Translations under genes and position numbers: made by a program
The notes under the pieces: model-generated
What the model was told of the DNA's origin: nothing
Database searches by the model: none
What the model saw: the letters and a program-made list of their open reading frames with translations, nothing else
Shown: piece after piece, positions 62,372 through 64,000 of the stretch
How the letters are laid out: every line of letters starts with the position of its first letter
How positions within the stretch are numbered: the first letter of the stretch is position 1
Source of the DNA: Chloroflexota bacterium
GTDB lineage: Bacteria > Chloroflexota > UBA11872 > VXNJ01
Assembly (NCBI GenBank): GCA_965207915.1
Contig: OZ242304.1
Coordinates: 92,524-156,523 of the forward strand
Length of the DNA stretch: 64,000 nt
Direction of reading: 5' to 3'

Positions 62372-63541
62372 TCAGGCCAGCTCCTTGGGCGCCAGGTCGC
62401 CGATTGAAGCCTCGAGGGCGTCTGGTTTTTCGCGGCCGATTTTCCCGGCCCCATCCGGAAGCGGCGTGTCGAACTGGTAGTCGGGCTCTTCCTGCTGGCG
62501 GTTCCAGACATGGAACATCTCGCGCCAGGCGCTGACCAAAGTGCGCGGCTTCGGCATGTCGTGGGCGACCGCGCGGTGGAGCTTTTTCAGGTTGTAGCAA
62601 GGTACGCCCGCGTACATGTGGTGCTCGAGGTGCCAGTTCATGTTCCAGTAGAGGAACTCAAGCGGCCAGATCATGGTCATCGAGCGCACGCTTTTGCGAA
62701 AGTCGGGGGTTTTGTCCATTAGACCGCAGTGCTGCGGCATGACGCAGAGGTGGCGGGCCCAGTTGCCGATGCTCGAGGAGACGGTCAGCAGCAGAATCCA
62801 AACCCATTGGCCGGTGGCGATCGAGACCACCAGTACCGCGGCGTGAAAGAAAAGTTGCCAGCGCGAGAACCAGGCGGAGCGCATGTGCTGGCGCGGCTGG
62901 TCCTGGTGGACCGAATTGAGCCACTCGTTGCTGGGGAACCTTTTCGCACCGGCCGGCCCCAGGGCCGAGCGGGCCGTGGTCAGGATGGTCGCGAAGAGTC
63001 CGCCTTTGGACAGCGTGCGGTCGGGAGGGGTGGAGAGATTGATAGTAAAAAGCTGGATCAGGAACGTCCGGCCAACGGTTGGGCTGATCGGCAACAGCAC
63101 CTCGCGGTCGCCCTCGGGGTGCAGGGTGTAGCGGTGGTGATAAGTGTGGCTGGCGGCGTAGTCGAAGGGATCGAACCAACTGATCGTGCTGAACAAATAC
63201 AGGAAGAACTTGTTCAGCCATTTGGTTTTGAAAACTGTTCCATGGTCAAGCTCGTGGCCGGCGACTCCAACCCAGAAGCTGGCGATGGTTCCGTGCACGA
63301 ACAGGGCCGCCAGAAACGCAATCCAGATTTCTTGCAGCCACAGGAAATAGGTCAGTCCGCCGCTGGCCAGGAATAGGGCAAGGTGCCCGCCGGCCTGGAC
63401 GAATCCTTTCCGGTCGCTGCGCCGCGAGAGTTCGCGCAGGACGCGGCCCTCGATTGGACTGCGGTACCACTTGACGCGCAATTCCTGGCGCACTTCCGCC
63501 AACGGGCGGTATTGGGAATCGACTTCCCCGGTAACTGCCAC
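62372..63541 (-). CDS. membrane fatty-acid desaturase family protein, tandem copy B
   Basis: His boxes HELDH, HTYHHRY and HLEHHMY. Collinear with copy A over its full length. Confidence 0.85.
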   Translation of the reverse strand: MAVTGEVDSQYRPLAEVRQELRVKWYRSPIEGRVLRELSRRSDRKGFVQAGGHLALFLASGGLTYFLWLQEIWIAFLAALFVHGTIASFWVGVAGHELDHGTVFKTKWLNKFFLYLFSTISWFDPFDYAASHTYHHRYTLHPEGDREVLLPISPTVGRTFLIQLFTINLSTPPDRTLSKGGLFATILTTARSALGPAGAKRFPSNEWLNSVHQDQPRQHMRSAWFSRWQLFFHAAVLVVSIATGQWVWILLLTVSSSIGNWARHLCVMPQHCGLMDKTPDFRKSVRSMTMIWPLEFLYWNMNWHLEHHMYAGVPCYNLKKLHRAVAHDMPKPRTLVSAWREMFHVWNRQQEEPDYQFDTPLPDGAGKIGREKPDALEASIGDLAPKELA

Positions 63542-63577
63542 CTTCTACCCCTGCTCGACCTCGGCCTGATTTTCAAA

Positions 63578-63606
63578 AGCGTAAACCGCGCCGCGCAGCG
63601 AGTCAA
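63578..63606 (-). promoter_or_regulatory. sigma70-like promoter candidate for desaturase copy B
   Basis: On the minus strand: TTGACT (63601-63606), a 17-nt spacer, then TACGCT (63578-63583), about 37 nt upstream of GTG 63541. Confidence 0.35.
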
Positions 63607-63695
63607 TGTAGCCGGTCCGCCTCGGTGCAAACGCGTGCGGCAATTCGGTATCTGGCTTGAAGCGGGACCTAGACTCGGGCGGCTTTTTTCAGGCG

Positions 63696-64000
63696 ATGGG
63701 AGCCGCTGCCGGAGTGGGGTTTTCAGTGTGGTTCAGGGCGCAAATCGCGGGCGATATTGCGCCCTTTTTCCTCCGGCCCGGATTTTGTGTGGCCGCCGTC
63801 TGTATCACGGCTTTGTCATTCGCCCTGGCCGCATGCAATCCCCTGAATGGAACCGAATGCGGGACCGGTACCGAACCGTTCGTCGAATACCAGCTTTTCA
63901 TGGGGCGCGGTGGCGTGGCCGGCGAGGTCGTCAGCGATGAAGACTGGGACGAATTCTTGGCCACCTCGGTCACACCGCGGTTCCCGGACGGCCTGACCGT
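63696..64000 (+). CDS. DUF3574-like lipoprotein (partial, runs off the 3-prime end of the window)
   Basis: This open frame is not in the ORF track because it has no stop. ATG 63696 is followed by a hydrophobic leader with lipobox LAAC, then EPFVEYQLFMGRGG..VSDEDWDEFLATSVTPRFPDGLT, which resembles DUF3574. Confidence 0.6.
   Translation, partial: MGAAAGVGFSVWFRAQIAGDIAPFFLRPGFCVAAVCITALSFALAACNPLNGTECGTGTEPFVEYQLFMGRGGVAGEVVSDEDWDEFLATSVTPRFPDGLT

Overview
This is a GC-rich bacterial chromosomal segment. GGAGG-type Shine-Dalgarno sites are strong and GTG/TTG starts are frequent, which looks Actinomycetota- or Chloroflexota-like, but I cannot assign it further from sequence alone. It is densely coding, with about 50 protein genes. 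I found no rRNA, tRNA or CRISPR array. Most long ORFs in the six-frame track are GC-driven shadow frames of the real genes.

The content is dominated by oxidoreductase and hydrolase paralogs:
- 5 SDRs
- 3 HSL-type esterases, two of them in tandem
- 2 enolase-superfamily enzymes
- 2 SAM methyltransferases
- 2 tandem membrane desaturases
- single copies of an LLM monooxygenase, GMC oxidoreductase, copper amine oxidase, GGT, phosphotriesterase-family protein, MlrC/M81 peptidase and GH29 fucosidase
- a compact purine module (guaD divergent from xdhA-xdhB plus a nucleoside hydrolase)
- rarA

Stand-out observations:
1. A 1,490-aa exported protein is built from 28 + 6 perfectly phased 24-residue plant-type LRRs. 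Each LRR module has an LRRNT-like cap and a Cys-containing C-cap, followed by beta-sandwich segments, and the protein ends in an FN3-like domain (42899-47371).
2. A signal-less DUF1800-DUF1501-NHL gene trio, with a class-III aminotransferase downstream, sits behind an AT-rich island carrying a near-consensus promoter (27851-33077).
3. A putP-like Na+/solute symporter gene is cleanly split by an intact IS1182-family element. Removing the element restores the reading frame.
4. A LivJ-type lipoprotein solute-binding gene is frameshifted at a G8 homopolymer.
5. Two tandem, roughly 93 percent identical MalF/UgpA-type ABC permease genes have no MalG-type partner, binding protein or ATPase nearby.
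6. A Rieske domain is fused to a roughly 470-aa domain I cannot place.
7. A copper amine oxidase has Ile in place of the conserved Asn next to the TPQ tyrosine.

No recognisable transcription factor, sensor kinase or sigma factor is encoded anywhere in the window.
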